Source: Campylobacteraceae bacterium
Lineage (GTDB): Bacteria > Campylobacterota > Campylobacteria > Campylobacterales > Sulfurovaceae
Reading direction: 5' to 3'
DNA: 63,345 nt
Assembly: GCA_027076905.1 (NCBI GenBank)
Contig: JALTGP010000208.1
Coordinates: 1-63,345, forward strand
Translations under genes and position numbers: made by a program
Part shown: positions 9,721 through 20,356 of the stretch, in pieces
How the letters are laid out: each line of letters opens with the position of its first letter
Numbering within the stretch: the first letter of the stretch is position 1
The notes under the pieces: model-generated
What the model was told of the DNA's origin: nothing
Database searches by the model: none
What the model saw: only the letters and a program-made list of their open reading frames with translations

Positions 9721-10473
9721 TTGATGAAAAAAAACAGAATAGCAACCATAATTATTCTCTTCTCTCTACTGTTTTTACTGATAGGGTGTAAATCAACGAA
9801 AGAGGATATTAATAATATTACACTCTTAGATGATAATGAGATAGTAAAGTATGATAAACATGGGCAATATGACCTTAGTCAATATATCTTGCCCTCCCAA
9901 AATCAGAGAAATATATATCAAATCTCTAAATATAAGTATGATATTGAGAATAATACATCTGCTCAAAACCCATTGGTTGTTATTGATAATGAGTATGTTG
10001 ATTATATTATTGAAGATAACATTACTAAAGTGGGATACAACACAGAGTATCAGGTTAATGACATTGCCATCTATAGAAAAGAGTTTGTTGATGATAGCTA
10101 TGATGAACGGTATTACGGTAGGTATCTAGACATTGGTGAATATTATTATATTTTTGAAAATATAGATATCGACTCTACCTACACTCAAAGTGGACTCAAT
10201 AAATGTTTTGTGCAAGAGCATATGGATTCCACATTGGTGATGAATAAAAAATATACAGACATCTTACATCTCTCTTGTCAAGGAAAATTTAAAGAGGAAG
10301 TAATAGGAGAGTTTTTTGAAATTAAAGAGTTTTATGTTAACTACTATTTTGCAAAAGGAATTGGTCAAGTTCAACTTAACTCAGTAAAATGTACAGATAG
10401 CAAGTTTAATCAAACAGTCTATCATAGTTGTATTGAAACAGATAGAAAACTTAAAGAGAACACTCTTCTCTAA
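9721..10473 (+). CDS. Hypothetical lipoprotein
   Basis: Lipobox LIGC; YYFAKGIG motif near the C-terminus; Tyr-rich beta structure. Confidence 0.7.
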   Translation: MMKKNRIATIIILFSLLFLLIGCKSTKEDINNITLLDDNEIVKYDKHGQYDLSQYILPSQNQRNIYQISKYKYDIENNTSAQNPLVVIDNEYVDYIIEDNITKVGYNTEYQVNDIAIYRKEFVDDSYDERYYGRYLDIGEYYYIFENIDIDSTYTQSGLNKCFVQEHMDSTLVMNKKYTDILHLSCQGKFKEEVIGEFFEIKEFYVNYYFAKGIGQVQLNSVKCTDSKFNQTVYHSCIETDRKLKENTLL

Positions 10474-10494
10474 ACTATAAATAAAGGATTAATT

Positions 10495-11424
10495 ATGAAA
10501 AATATATTAGTAATAGCAAGTGTTTCAATATTGTTATTAACTGGATGTGGAAGTGATGACGGTAGCAATAAAAAAGAGAAAAAAAGTTTTGATGATTTAA
10601 GTAAAATAAGTCTAAGTTTTAATCACTCTTCACGATTAGAACAGAATCAAAATAGCCGAATAACAAGCAATAAAATGTCAAATATTCTTTATCAAAAAAA
10701 TAGGTTAAGAAATATCTTAACACAAAATAAAATGGAAGAGTATGGATGTGATGTTAGTGGTAGCTTTGATATAGAGATGAAAGAAAGCTTTATATTTATA
10801 GATTATAAAGATTGTATAGAGCTTGATGATAAAACAGGGTTCAATACCTATACAGATGGGGAGGTTTCCCTTAACACCATAAATGATACAGATTCTAAAG
10901 TAATTATGAAAAACTATTTCTCCTCTCCTAATATCAATGAAGTGTACTACTTCGAAGGAGATACTACCCCGTACTACACAGGATGGTCAACGGATTATCT
11001 TGAGATGGAATCTTCCAAAGTAGAGAGAGTAGAAATATTTAAACTGCATGGTTCAACAAAAGACTATATCAAAGATAAACCGCTAGAGGAGTTTACCTAT
11101 AGTAACGTTATCATGAAAGAAAATACAGAGAAGCAGAGTTGGTATTTTGAAGGTTCTATTACTTTTAAAGTCTCTTGTTACAATAAAACATATACTTTTA
11201 AAACAAAAAATGATGTTTGGCTCGTAGAGAATAGTAAGAACCCAAAGTATTATACCAAAGGTGCTATTGATGTTAATAATATCAGATACAGTTATAATGG
11301 AAGCAAAATAACACTCTCCACCCAAGAGGCAGAGGAGACTTTTGAACAGAAAGTATTAGCTGAAAAACTTGATAGATATATTGATAATGAGATAAATAAA
11401 TGTTCTACGAAGAACAGCTATTAG
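10495..11424 (+). CDS. Hypothetical lipoprotein
   Basis: Lipobox LLTGC followed by GSDD linker; C..SG...Y.DC motif. Confidence 0.7.
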   Translation: MKNILVIASVSILLLTGCGSDDGSNKKEKKSFDDLSKISLSFNHSSRLEQNQNSRITSNKMSNILYQKNRLRNILTQNKMEEYGCDVSGSFDIEMKESFIFIDYKDCIELDDKTGFNTYTDGEVSLNTINDTDSKVIMKNYFSSPNINEVYYFEGDTTPYYTGWSTDYLEMESSKVERVEIFKLHGSTKDYIKDKPLEEFTYSNVIMKENTEKQSWYFEGSITFKVSCYNKTYTFKTKNDVWLVENSKNPKYYTKGAIDVNNIRYSYNGSKITLSTQEAEETFEQKVLAEKLDRYIDNEINKCSTKNSY

Positions 11425-11446
11425 CCTATTAATTTAATAGGTGGAG

Positions 11447-12532
11447 TTACTTTTTAAAGTGTAACTCCATCGCCTCTTCCTCTTCAAGCTTACATCTATC
11501 ACACTCCATCAAACCACCTTTATAGGTAAAGTTATTACCACACTCATTACATCGTTTGATGTTAAAGGTCGCCAAAACCCTTTGCGTTGGTTCAAAGAAC
11601 TCTTTTATCTCAAATCCTTCTTGAAGCTGAATAGAGTTAGGTTCACAGACATCATGACAGAGGTGACACTTCACACATATCATTGCATCAAAGTTTATCG
11701 CTGAAAATCTATTATCAGAACTCAATGCTCCTGTAGGACAGATACGGTAACAGATTTGACAATTGGTACAGCTCTCATCCACAAATTTTTGAGAGGTAAA
11801 AGAGATATCTTCAGTTGCCAAAATATCGTAACTCTCTGGTCTCTCTAAACGTTTAAGTACTGAAAAGAGTAGTTTACGCTTATCGGGTATCTTTTTATCT
11901 TTTATCTTAGCAATTACATTACTGTCAAGTTCAAATGCTTTTAATTCATCAGCATCAACTGCCTCATCAAAACTATGTTTACTCTTAACAGCTGTTTTTA
12001 GAGAAAGAAAAGAGCGTCTATCTGAAACTTCTTCTTCATCTTTCTCCTCTTCTGATGTCTCCACCTCAAAAGATTTAATCGCTATCTGTTTGTAGGATAT
12101 ACTCTCTAAGATAAAATTAGCCTCTTCTATATTAGCCTTTATCTGTGCTGTTAATTTGTTACTATCTCCACCACAATGACACCCCTCTACATCCATACTC
12201 AACGACTCTTCAGAAGCAAGGCAAAGAGAGATAAGATGCTCAATAGAGAGAGTAGTTAGACAAGGGATTTCATTTTGACAAGCCAGATGGCTCTTTTTTG
12301 ACTCTAGAAATTCAAAAAAGAAATTAACACTAGAGAAGTTATTAAGTGAAAAAGACTCTGTTGGACATACCCCAACACATCCACCACAATCGATACACGC
12401 CGAGGGGGTAAAAGCAGGAATATTATCTATTATCTCAATGGTAGAGACAGGACAGATATCAACACACTTGGTACACTCTGAAAACTTGCTTGTCGCTCGA
12501 ACACATGAGCCAACATCAAACTCTAATTTCAT
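11447..12532 (-). CDS. Polyferredoxin (multi 4Fe-4S) protein, PsrE-like
   Basis: Several CxxCxxCxxxCP motifs. ATG at 12532 overlaps the TGA of the upstream chaperone (ATGA). Confidence 0.85.
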   Translation of the reverse strand: MKLEFDVGSCVRATSKFSECTKCVDICPVSTIEIIDNIPAFTPSACIDCGGCVGVCPTESFSLNNFSSVNFFFEFLESKKSHLACQNEIPCLTTLSIEHLISLCLASEESLSMDVEGCHCGGDSNKLTAQIKANIEEANFILESISYKQIAIKSFEVETSEEEKDEEEVSDRRSFLSLKTAVKSKHSFDEAVDADELKAFELDSNVIAKIKDKKIPDKRKLLFSVLKRLERPESYDILATEDISFTSQKFVDESCTNCQICYRICPTGALSSDNRFSAINFDAMICVKCHLCHDVCEPNSIQLQEGFEIKEFFEPTQRVLATFNIKRCNECGNNFTYKGGLMECDRCKLEEEEAMELHFKK

Positions 12533-13206
12533 GAGCCACAACTACCTGAGTTACAACCTCCAAGTTGAATATTAAGTTTTTGGTTGACATATTCAAAATC
12601 ACTTAATAAAAACTCCATTGCCAACTCTGCTCCATCATGATAGAGTGGTGTTCTGGACTCTTTTTTCATATTAATCAGATACATCGGTGCCCATTTAAGT
12701 AGATGGTCTTCTAAAAATCCTTTTTGGATATAAAAAAGCTCCTCTAACCCCTCATGGTCATCTGCCTCTATCGCTCTCTCCATCGCCACACAGAGCATAT
12801 ACATAAACTCTAGCTCTACGCCAATATGGTCAGGACTTACCACTCTTGCCTTATCAAGCTCTACCCTAAAATCCAATGCATTATAAAGTGTAATTACAGG
12901 GTTATCTCCTCCACTCTCAATCATCTGGTCATCACGTGTATAAAAACTCTCATACGGCACAAGGTGAAGGAGAAATAGATTGGTATAGTCTACATCCAAA
13001 TATCTCTCTTTTAAAATACTAAAATTAAACTCTTTTCGTTTATCCCAATTTTTATAGTTGGGGAAAAGAGATAAAAGCGACTCATTTGACTCTATTGATT
13101 TAATAAAATCAGCATCAATCTCAATCATCATTAATCTTGATATCACGGCATATAGTGTGATTCTGTTAGCTAACTCTTCTGCTGTTACTGTTATATCTGT
13201 ACTCAT
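12529..13206 (-). CDS. TorD/DmsD-family molybdoenzyme chaperone (PsrD-like)
   Basis: PYESFY and PDHIGVELEFM motifs, FLEDHLLKW. Confidence 0.9.
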   Translation of the reverse strand: MSTDITVTAEELANRITLYAVISRLMMIEIDADFIKSIESNESLLSLFPNYKNWDKRKEFNFSILKERYLDVDYTNLFLLHLVPYESFYTRDDQMIESGGDNPVITLYNALDFRVELDKARVVSPDHIGVELEFMYMLCVAMERAIEADDHEGLEELFYIQKGFLEDHLLKWAPMYLINMKKESRTPLYHDGAELAMEFLLSDFEYVNQKLNIQLGGCNSGSCGS

Positions 13207-13275
13207 ATTATCCCTTTATTAAAAAAATATATTTTACTATATTAAACAGATATTCTCTTTAAATATAAGATTTAC

Positions 13276-15213
13276 TTAACCTTTATCAGCTGTTCCGTTA
13301 CCATCTATTAGCTCAATCAACTCTTTGTACTCTATCGAGTTTTTATCTTTTGAGATTTCAATATATATATTTAGTGCTTTTTTAAATTTTCTTTTTGCAC
13401 TATAGGAGTCTATTATCAAATAAAATTTTCCATATATCAGCCATATTTTTGCTTGTTGCTCTTTTTTTGTATACTCTTTTAACATCGTATCAAAAAAATC
13501 TTTGGCTTTTAAGTAACTCTTTTTTTCAATCAAAAGAGAGACATAGGATATCGCGACACCTAGACGCTTCTGTATTTTCAAAGATTTTAGATAGTACGCC
13601 ATTCCACCTTCTATATCTTTTTTTAAAATAGAGAGATATCCTAGATAAAAGTAACTGGTAGCCTCTGTAGATTTTTTTATCTTTTTATCAAGGGGTTTTA
13701 TTAGTTTTAATGCCTTATTTATCTCTGTTTGTGCCTCTTTTAAGTTTGAAGTGGAGACAGCAATCCATGCTAAAGAGTTGTGAACCTTTGCCATTGGAGA
13801 GCGATATAGTTTGTTGTCTCCTTCCTTTTCTGATAACTGTTTCATTATCGTAAGGGTTTTTAAGTAGTACTCTTTGGCAATTTTTAATTTTCCAAGAGAA
13901 GCATAGGATTTTGCCAAACTACTAAATGTCTGAAATAGTAAAACCGTAAACTCTTTTGGCTCTGTTTTTATCAATGCTTTATAAATATCCATCGCCTCCT
14001 CTCTATATTTTATAGACTTCTTAAACTCCTTTCTCTCATCATGATAAAAGTTTGCCAACATATTCAGAGACGATGCAACACTTCTTTGGAATTTTTTAGC
14101 ATCTTTTTTGCTTAACTCTCGATATATACTCAATACCTTTAGATAGACCTTTTCAGCTTCATCAAGCTCCCTCTTTGATAGTTTTGGTTTCTCTAAATCA
14201 TTATGAATATGAGCCAATTTAATCAAGTTGTACGCCACACCAGTACCATGCTTTTCAGGTTTTTTTTTGGCTAACTCTTGGCTTAATTTTAGTGATTTTT
14301 TATAAAAGACCTCAGCCTTTTTAGAGGCATTATTTTCCATATATAAATCCCCCATCGTATTATAAGCTATTGCCAAATCCTCTTTTTTCGCCGATTTATC
14401 AGACTTTAATACCCTATCATACCCATCTATCAATTGGGAGCTATTAAAATCTTTAACAAAGCCCATAGTGTAGCTATTTAGCTCCTTTACACTAATATCA
14501 AACTCCTTATCACTCATGTTCTCATCTTTCTTTAAAACAAACTCTATCCCCCCTTTTCCCTTGAAACTATTGACTAAAGCCTTACTGCTATATTTTGCCT
14601 TCTCTTCATCTGACACCATTGATGACATAATAGCTACCCCCATCTCCATCCCTTGGGTTATCTTTTCTTGTAGTGGGTCTTTTTGGTCAATAAACCCCTC
14701 TTTGAGTGCTTTTAATGTTTTTACATCTATCTCTATTTTTTTTACATTGTTGGCTATATATTCATCTACTTTTTTCTCTACAGAAGTGGGAAATAGCCCC
14801 TCTGTTAATTTTATAAAATACTCTTTATTATCATATACAAAAAAGGCAAGAGCCATAAGTATAGCAAAGAGAGTAGTTAAGATTAAAAATATCTTTATAA
14901 ACTTACTATCTTTTGCCTTTTTAATTTTTGCCAAAAACAGAATATTGGGGATAGATTGAAAATCATGCAGTAGATGCTTCCCCTTTTCTAACATCTCCTC
15001 ATCTTCATGATACATAATAATGACTGTTTTTTTTACTGAAAGTTTTGCCATAAAATAGAATCCAAAATACTCTTTTGAATCCAACTCTTTAATCATATCC
15101 CATATAATTTTATTGGTCTCAATAGTTATTCCATGAATATCGGACCCATACTGCTTTCCTCCTCCTTTGTTAACTTCGGTACTATCATATCTATTTTTTT
15201 GATTATTCCACAA
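13276..15213 (-). CDS. Membrane-anchored tetratricopeptide-repeat protein
   Basis: Single TM helix near residue 105-125, followed by TPR-like repeats (A..LN.LA..Y); TTG start. Confidence 0.75.
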   Translation of the reverse strand: MWNNQKNRYDSTEVNKGGGKQYGSDIHGITIETNKIIWDMIKELDSKEYFGFYFMAKLSVKKTVIIMYHEDEEMLEKGKHLLHDFQSIPNILFLAKIKKAKDSKFIKIFLILTTLFAILMALAFFVYDNKEYFIKLTEGLFPTSVEKKVDEYIANNVKKIEIDVKTLKALKEGFIDQKDPLQEKITQGMEMGVAIMSSMVSDEEKAKYSSKALVNSFKGKGGIEFVLKKDENMSDKEFDISVKELNSYTMGFVKDFNSSQLIDGYDRVLKSDKSAKKEDLAIAYNTMGDLYMENNASKKAEVFYKKSLKLSQELAKKKPEKHGTGVAYNLIKLAHIHNDLEKPKLSKRELDEAEKVYLKVLSIYRELSKKDAKKFQRSVASSLNMLANFYHDERKEFKKSIKYREEAMDIYKALIKTEPKEFTVLLFQTFSSLAKSYASLGKLKIAKEYYLKTLTIMKQLSEKEGDNKLYRSPMAKVHNSLAWIAVSTSNLKEAQTEINKALKLIKPLDKKIKKSTEATSYFYLGYLSILKKDIEGGMAYYLKSLKIQKRLGVAISYVSLLIEKKSYLKAKDFFDTMLKEYTKKEQQAKIWLIYGKFYLIIDSYSAKRKFKKALNIYIEISKDKNSIEYKELIELIDGNGTADKG

Positions 15214-15312
15214 CTTCTATCCTTTAAAATATATTAATTTTTCAATATAATATAAAATTAAACTTAAAGTAATAATCTTCTTTATCAAAAAAATCTTCAA
15301 GAAAACCCCGTT

Positions 15313-15336
15313 CTCTTTAGCTAGAGATAGTTCACT
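15313..15336 (+). repeat. IS200/IS605 right-end-like relic, copy 1
   Basis: ctctttagctagagatagttcact matches 29940-29963 at 23/24 and ends in TAGTTCAC. Confidence 0.55.
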
Positions 15337-15403
15337 CATAAATCTAATATATTATTCTGCTATAATATATAACTAAAAGTTAATATAGTAATAAGGAAAA
15401 ATT

Positions 15404-15709
15404 ATGAAATACCTACTTATCACCACATCTATACTACTCTCTTTGTCTGCCCAAAACAATGCAATCCATAAAAATACTTCCCAAATTGACTCAAATAGTA
15501 GTGATCAAAACAGTAGTAAAATAGAGAGTAAAGCCTCAAAACAGCTTAAAAAACAGATAGATAGAGAGGCAAAATTTGCCAAAGAGCAACGCTTCTATCA
15601 AGGAGATGATTATGACCTATCTTACGCTGAAGTTGACCAAAACTCACTTGATGATATCCCACTTATTGAACCCGATTATGATTTTGATATGGATGATGTC
15701 TATGATTAA
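15404..15709 (+). CDS. Hypothetical exported protein with acidic C-terminus
   Basis: AAGGA RBS, signal peptide, DSNSS/DQNSS sequons, tail PDYDFDMDDVYD. Confidence 0.75.
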   Translation: MKYLLITTSILLSLSAQNNAIHKNTSQIDSNSSDQNSSKIESKASKQLKKQIDREAKFAKEQRFYQGDDYDLSYAEVDQNSLDDIPLIEPDYDFDMDDVYD

Positions 15710-15754
15710 CTCTAAGTTTGTTTAAAGTATAATTTAACACAAAAAATTATATAA

Positions 15755-15914
15755 GGAATACAAATTAAATAACTACCAAATTTTAAAGGCAACTAAACAA
15801 ATATCTTTAACTCTAATTTTCCTTGAATTACAGGGAGTAGTCCTGCGTCAAACTATAGCTAAATCTATTCGTTTATTTACCTATGAAAATTGGCATTTAT
15901 TTAATTTGCATTCC
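15755..15914 (+). mobile_element. 160-bp MITE, copy 1
   Basis: Terminal inverted repeats GGAATACAAATTAAATAA / TTATTTAATTTGCATTCC with TAA on both flanks; second copy at 24863-25022. Confidence 0.85.
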
Positions 15915-15935
15915 TAAACATGAAAGTGAGACGTT

Positions 15936-16475
15936 ATGACCGATGTTACCCAAGTAGAAACTGTTGATACGGAGTTAGTCCATGAGTCAGAGAATGAACC
16001 AAAAGATATGTTTTCAACCTACATCACCACAAGCAGTAAGCTCAGAAAAAAGATGATAGATATCTATGCCGAACGAATCGAACATCAAAGAGAGATACTG
16101 GAAAAAAAAGTAGAACTTGATAAAGATATTGCTAATAAAAATCTCTATAATGAGTATCTCCAAGAAATTACTACTATTGAAAAAGAGGCAGTAGACCAAC
16201 TCAATAAACTATCAATTGAGAGGGAAATAGAACTTGCCAATGATAAAGATGAACTCTATACCTATTTTGACAACGCACGAAAAAAATTAGAGAAATGGAG
16301 AGAGAGTAACCCTAAGCGTTATGAGAATGAAATGGAATATCTTAATAAAAACGAGAGAGAAAAGATACAGACCATAGAGGAGAATGCCCTACAACTCTTT
16401 GAGCAGAGTCAAAAGATGTTCGATGAGACAGTAGAGATATTCTATAACAATGATAAAGAGATAGAGAAGTTATAA
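15936..16475 (+). CDS. Hypothetical coiled-coil protein
   Basis: 179-aa Glu/Lys-rich helical ORF with no recognised domain. Confidence 0.65.
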   Translation: MTDVTQVETVDTELVHESENEPKDMFSTYITTSSKLRKKMIDIYAERIEHQREILEKKVELDKDIANKNLYNEYLQEITTIEKEAVDQLNKLSIEREIELANDKDELYTYFDNARKKLEKWRESNPKRYENEMEYLNKNEREKIQTIEENALQLFEQSQKMFDETVEIFYNNDKEIEKL

Positions 16476-16889
16476 AAATTTCTTTGGACTATCGAGCATA
16501 AACATTGCTTTGAGCGTATGGTGTACGGTATGTTTCAATTCCCAAAAGGAGACATAGGAGAGAAGCAGAAAAACACCAAGTACCTCTATCATATAAATAT
16601 TGACAATCCCTGCCAATGAGATATCTACTATTTTACTAAGTAAAAATCCTGAGATAAAGATAAGCAGAAAGGTTCTTACCACATCAAAAATAATATCATT
16701 AGCCCCATCATGAGGGTCAGTGTACTCTATCGCTTCAGAGGAGGTGGTCGCTGCTCCTGAGAAGTAGATAAACGCTCCTAGAATCATACCAAAAGCTCCG
16801 AGCATATAACCCTTTAAATCATATCCCAAAACACCATAACCTGTTCCAATAAATAATAGAGAAATTAATAATCCGAATATCAGTTTCAT
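16470..16889 (-). CDS. Hypothetical membrane protein (about 4 TM helices)
   Basis: Four hydrophobic stretches; AAGG RBS. Confidence 0.7.
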   Translation of the reverse strand: MKLIFGLLISLLFIGTGYGVLGYDLKGYMLGAFGMILGAFIYFSGAATTSSEAIEYTDPHDGANDIIFDVVRTFLLIFISGFLLSKIVDISLAGIVNIYMIEVLGVFLLLSYVSFWELKHTVHHTLKAMFMLDSPKKFL

Positions 16890-16944
16890 TTTAATACCTT
16901 AATATATTTTAAGATATTATAACTTTTTTTAACTGAAAATGCCG

Positions 16945-16984
16945 AAAAAGTCAACAACATAAGTATTACTACTAATGTTGTCGA
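16945..16984 (-). terminator. Probable intrinsic terminator after psrA
   Basis: Inverted repeat acaacat...atgttgt followed on the minus strand by a T-tract. Confidence 0.5.
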
Positions 16985-16998
16985 GATAGAAGTAAACC

Positions 16999-19900
16999 TT
17001 AGTCGTTAATCTTAACAGAATATCCTATATCAGAAATAGCAGGACCTGTTCGTTTCATATGTTTTGGTCTTCTTATTGTATCGCTACTATTAAGAGGACG
17101 CGTTAACTTGTCTCTCCAAGCTTGGTAAACTTTCATGTTGTTATCATAGTTAACATAAATATCACCAATTTGGTCTTCAGCACCTGCCGCCTCAATACTT
17201 ACTTTTTGATGCCAAGCATGGTTACCAGCAATTGGATCTGGATGTGAAGGAGCTACAGCATTTTGCCATGAACCACTTAACCCATCCCACCAGATGTTGT
17301 CAAGGTCTTTGTTGAACTCTTTAAACTGCCAAGTATCACGTCTTTCCATCATACCAGCATCAACACCTTGTTTTGGTTTTAAAGTACCAATTTTACCATC
17401 CATAGTCATGTCATATAGTGGTGCACCAAGTCCCATAACACCTAGTTTATGACTAAATCCTGGAATTTTAACTGCATTTTTAAGTTTCCAACGACCAGCA
17501 TGGTGTGAGTTTGCTAAAACACCAGGCATGGTAGCTTCTGTAGGAACCGCCATAGCAATAAAGTAACCTGACTCTAAACCTGAAACTGTATCAGAAATAG
17601 TAACTTTAATCGCATCACCTTGTTTGATGTTCAATCGTTTTGCATCGTCTGTGTTAATCCAAACTGGGTTATGGTTTTGAGAAATCTCCATAAGGTGTTT
17701 AGAGTTAACAGAACGTGTATGAATATTGTATGGTAATCTAAATACTGTATTCAATGCAAATTCATTCTCTTTTTCCATATAGTCATGGTGAACCTGACTC
17801 ACCAAGTGAATCATTTTTTGTCTATCTTCTTTGTTTGTTGGATAAATAGGCACAGCATACTCTGGCCATTTCCACTCAGCAAACCACTCAGAGAAGAATT
17901 CTAATTTTCTACTTAATGTATGGAATCCATCCATAATCTCACCATCAATTTCAACACCAATAGCTTTTTTCTCACCATGATGGTCAACCATTAAAGTACC
18001 AAACTGGTCTTTTTCGACTTCATCTATCTTGTACTTATGTCCATGAGCAACATAACTATCACCATCTTTTTTAAGTGGACGTTCTTGTGGTTTATAGATG
18101 TTATCCTCTTCTAGCCATGTACCTAAATCTCTTAACATCTCATAGTTAGGATATTTAGAATCTTTATACTTAGGATCTGCTGCTGCTGCAGCCTTTAAAT
18201 TTGGTAAGTTATCAAAGGCAGCTTGATACCACTCAGCAATTGATACTGCTCTGCTTGGATCCTCTTTTGATTCCCAGTATTTTCTAACACCTAGTTTTCC
18301 ATCAGGATCAACGTAATCAGTCATTAAGTTCGCCCAGAACTCAACCTCTTCCCAAACTTCACCTAAACCAGCAGTAATGTGTGCTTCAAGAGTACCTCTT
18401 GCTGGATGCTTAGGTTTCCATCCCATTTTCTCCAATGCAACTCTAAGTGCTGGTTGTCTAAACGATAACCATCTTGATGGTTGTGTTGCTTCTGAGTGTT
18501 GGTCATGTCTCTCACCTGCTAAACCTACAGGAAGAATATAATCACAATACCAGTTTGTTTCAGACCATGTTGGAGAAAGGTTAAACGAAAGCTCAATTTT
18601 ATCTTCACGTTTCATCGCCTCAATCCATCTAAATCCATCAGGATTAATCCAAACAGGGTTGTACATTCTTGGTACATAAACTGCTAATTTATCAGCAATA
18701 TTTAACCCTTTCTTCTTCCATTTAGCTCTCCACTCATCATCAAGAAGCATATGAGGTAATAAGTGACTCATCTCATACGTACTTAATGGGTATTCAGGTG
18801 GCCATGCCAACTCACTCCATGCATCAACTTTTGGAGGGTTTTCACCTGAAGTTGTCGCAGCTTGACCTTTACCATTTACTGAAATAACATGCCAGTGGTG
18901 TAGACCAATTCCCCCTTTATCTCCTGCCATTGCTCCACGAAGAACAAATGGTAAGAATCCAGCACGAGCAATCATCCACCCACCACGGTGAGCAATAGGT
19001 CCTGCTCTCCAGATATAAGTAGCTACTCTTGCACCAGCATCAATAAACATATCATAAAGTTTTTCAATTGTTCTAGCTTCTAAACGACACTCTTTAACAA
19101 CAAAATCAAGGGTATAAGGTGTGTACATTTCAGAAATCATTTTAATGAAATCTTCATAACTTTCACCTTGTGGAACTTCCTTAATATATTTTTTCTCAAC
19201 CAATAGTGCTAGATACTCTTTGTTTGTCATAAGTTGTTCCCAATTAACCCAATTTTTTACAAAATTGTGATTAACCAAGTCTTCACCATTGATATCTTTT
19301 TCATTTAAAATTCGGTTCGCTAAATAGAGATACAATGCTGTCTCTGTCCCAGGCCAACATGGTACCCAAAGGTCAGCCATACCAGCAGAGTTAGATAGAC
19401 GAGGATCCATAACAACAAGTTTAGCACCTTTTTTACGTGCATCAGCAATTCTACCTGCTGCTTGTTGGAAGTAGTGACCTGCATCAGCAGCGTGAGATGA
19501 TTGTAAAAAAATCAACTTAGCATTTGACCAATCTGGTGAGTTTCTATCATCATTAGTCCACTGAATCGTACCTTCTCTCGCACCTGCTGAACAGATATTT
19601 GTATGAGAGTTCCATCCATCAACACCAAGTGATTGAGGTACTCTTGGTCCAAATCCATTTTCATTTGGTCGCCCTACTTGATACATAATAGTTTTTTTAG
19701 ACATCTCATCACCTGATTTAAGAGTATCATGGATTTTTGTTCCAATCTCTTTCATCGCGTCATCCCATGAACTTCTTACCCATTTACCTTCACCACGTTT
19801 AGAACCAGGAGCTCTTCTTAATGGGAAAGGAATTCTATCTGGGTCATACATTTGTGACTGAGCTGCATACCCTTTAGCACAGTTACGTCCACGTGAACCT

Positions 19901-20346
19901 GCATGAAGTGGGTTACCCATGTATTTTCTAACCATAAGGTCTTTTGGATTTTGAGTCTCTTTATACTTACCAATATCAACCCATGCTGTAAGTCCACAAG
20001 AGGCTTCACAGTTAGAACAGGCTGTTGGAACCAACATATACTCTGTCAGTTTAATCCCATCTGGATTCTCTTTACTCTTTACACCTCTTCTTGAAACACC
20101 ACCACGTTTCCAATCATCTCCATCAAGTTCAAAGTGACTGTCCCAATTTTCAGGGTCGGGATAGAACTCTAAATTTACAGGAGCAGTAACAGTCTCACCA
20201 CCCTCAGCAAATACAGGGGTATCAACAATTGTTGAAAATACCCCTTTAGCAACAGTAGCACCTGCTACTGTATAGGCTGTCCCTTTGAGGAACGTTCGTC
20301 TACTCTCGAAAAAAGAGTTTTTTGTTTCATTCATTTTCTTAACCAT
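16999..20346 (-). CDS. psrA: Tat-exported molybdopterin oxidoreductase catalytic subunit, polysulfide-reductase-like
   Basis: SRRTFLK Tat motif, CSNCEASC...CAKG Fe-S site, HTNICS candidate Mo-ligand region, C-terminal molybdopterin dinucleotide-binding domain. The substrate is inferred, not shown. Confidence 0.8.
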   Translation of the reverse strand: MVKKMNETKNSFFESRRTFLKGTAYTVAGATVAKGVFSTIVDTPVFAEGGETVTAPVNLEFYPDPENWDSHFELDGDDWKRGGVSRRGVKSKENPDGIKLTEYMLVPTACSNCEASCGLTAWVDIGKYKETQNPKDLMVRKYMGNPLHAGSRGRNCAKGYAAQSQMYDPDRIPFPLRRAPGSKRGEGKWVRSSWDDAMKEIGTKIHDTLKSGDEMSKKTIMYQVGRPNENGFGPRVPQSLGVDGWNSHTNICSAGAREGTIQWTNDDRNSPDWSNAKLIFLQSSHAADAGHYFQQAAGRIADARKKGAKLVVMDPRLSNSAGMADLWVPCWPGTETALYLYLANRILNEKDINGEDLVNHNFVKNWVNWEQLMTNKEYLALLVEKKYIKEVPQGESYEDFIKMISEMYTPYTLDFVVKECRLEARTIEKLYDMFIDAGARVATYIWRAGPIAHRGGWMIARAGFLPFVLRGAMAGDKGGIGLHHWHVISVNGKGQAATTSGENPPKVDAWSELAWPPEYPLSTYEMSHLLPHMLLDDEWRAKWKKKGLNIADKLAVYVPRMYNPVWINPDGFRWIEAMKREDKIELSFNLSPTWSETNWYCDYILPVGLAGERHDQHSEATQPSRWLSFRQPALRVALEKMGWKPKHPARGTLEAHITAGLGEVWEEVEFWANLMTDYVDPDGKLGVRKYWESKEDPSRAVSIAEWYQAAFDNLPNLKAAAAADPKYKDSKYPNYEMLRDLGTWLEEDNIYKPQERPLKKDGDSYVAHGHKYKIDEVEKDQFGTLMVDHHGEKKAIGVEIDGEIMDGFHTLSRKLEFFSEWFAEWKWPEYAVPIYPTNKEDRQKMIHLVSQVHHDYMEKENEFALNTVFRLPYNIHTRSVNSKHLMEISQNHNPVWINTDDAKRLNIKQGDAIKVTISDTVSGLESGYFIAMAVPTEATMPGVLANSHHAGRWKLKNAVKIPGFSHKLGVMGLGAPLYDMTMDGKIGTLKPKQGVDAGMMERRDTWQFKEFNKDLDNIWWDGLSGSWQNAVAPSHPDPIAGNHAWHQKVSIEAAGAEDQIGDIYVNYDNNMKVYQAWRDKLTRPLNSSDTIRRPKHMKRTGPAISDIGYSVKIND

Positions 20347-20356
20347 ATATTCCTCC

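Noticed and set aside
16999-20346. Selenocysteine formate dehydrogenase or nitrate reductase identity for the molybdoenzyme
   Set aside because: There is no in-frame TGA, and the NrfD/NrfC-type partners and TorD chaperone fit a Psr-like complex better.
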